A stretch of DNA of 64,000 nt from Octopus bimaculoides (taxonomy: Eukaryota), in assembly GCF_001194135.2 (NCBI RefSeq), contig NC_068991.1:25559952-25623951 (forward strand), written 5' to 3'. Both the position numbers and the translations under genes were made by a program. The notes beneath the pieces are model-generated. The model was not told where the DNA came from, made no database searches, and saw only the letters and a list, made by a program, of their open reading frames with translations. This document shows, piece by piece, positions 63,759-64,000 of the stretch (its first letter is position 1; every line of letters begins with the position of its first letter).

Positions 63759-64000
63759 TATGTTTGACTTTTGTTTTGCATTTGTACAAGTTGGATCCAA
63801 GTCTCACCCAGAGACCTCAAGAGACAACAAGTTAGAAGTTCATGTAGGTGTTATGCCTAGGCTACCATATATTTGGATTTGTACAGTTTTGTTCTAGTGA
63901 ATGTTTAAGAAACCATAAGAAAATTATGTGTTTGCTTTAAAATTTGAGATCATATAGACAGTATTTTACGTAGGATATGGGCAGTTCCCATGAGCACTAT
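63759..64000 (-). mobile_element. 3' end of a second copy of the 11.3-15.3 kb R4/Dong-type family, running off the window
   Basis: Reverse complement aligns to 15053-15289 (gctcatgggaactgcccatatcctacgtaaaatactgtctat ... ctgggtgagactt ... aaaagtcaaacat) and abuts (ATT)n at 63686-63758. Confidence 0.93.

Noticed and set aside
1-64000. CRISPR arrays, operons, rRNA, functional tRNA
   Set aside because: No regularly spaced repeat-spacer array and no prokaryotic gene density; all tRNA-like sequences have broken stems and belong to SINEs.

Overview
AT-rich eukaryotic draft-assembly DNA with about 15 N-gaps, most of them next to microsatellites. The SINE families, LINE types and microsatellite load look like an octopus genome; this is recognition by eye, not a database result. 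It is not prokaryotic, and I see no operon, CRISPR array, rRNA or intact tRNA. Almost all long ORFs in the track are artefacts of N-runs or simple repeats. The well-supported content is retroelements: (1) a decayed, near-full-length R4/Dong-type non-LTR element with RT, CCHC knuckle and restriction-like endonuclease (RLE) at 11.3-15.3 kb, in a pile-up of further R4-like fragments separated by (AAT)n/(AAC)n tracts; (2) more R4-like copies at 23.6-24.1 kb and 63.8-64 kb, also abutting (AAT)n; (3) a different RLE family sitting inside (ATGT)n at 34.5-35.0 kb; (4) an L1/Tx1-like relic at 24.35-25.4 kb; (5) a Penelope-like RT-tail/GIY-YIG relic at 55.1-56.4 kb; (6) dozens of tRNA-derived SINEs of at least three families. 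No host gene could be identified with confidence. Several short spliced-exon candidates exist, mostly on the minus strand, and some resemble the C-linker/cyclic-nucleotide-binding region of CNG/HCN/KCNH-type channels. That call is low confidence because by-eye motif matching proved easy to overfit here.
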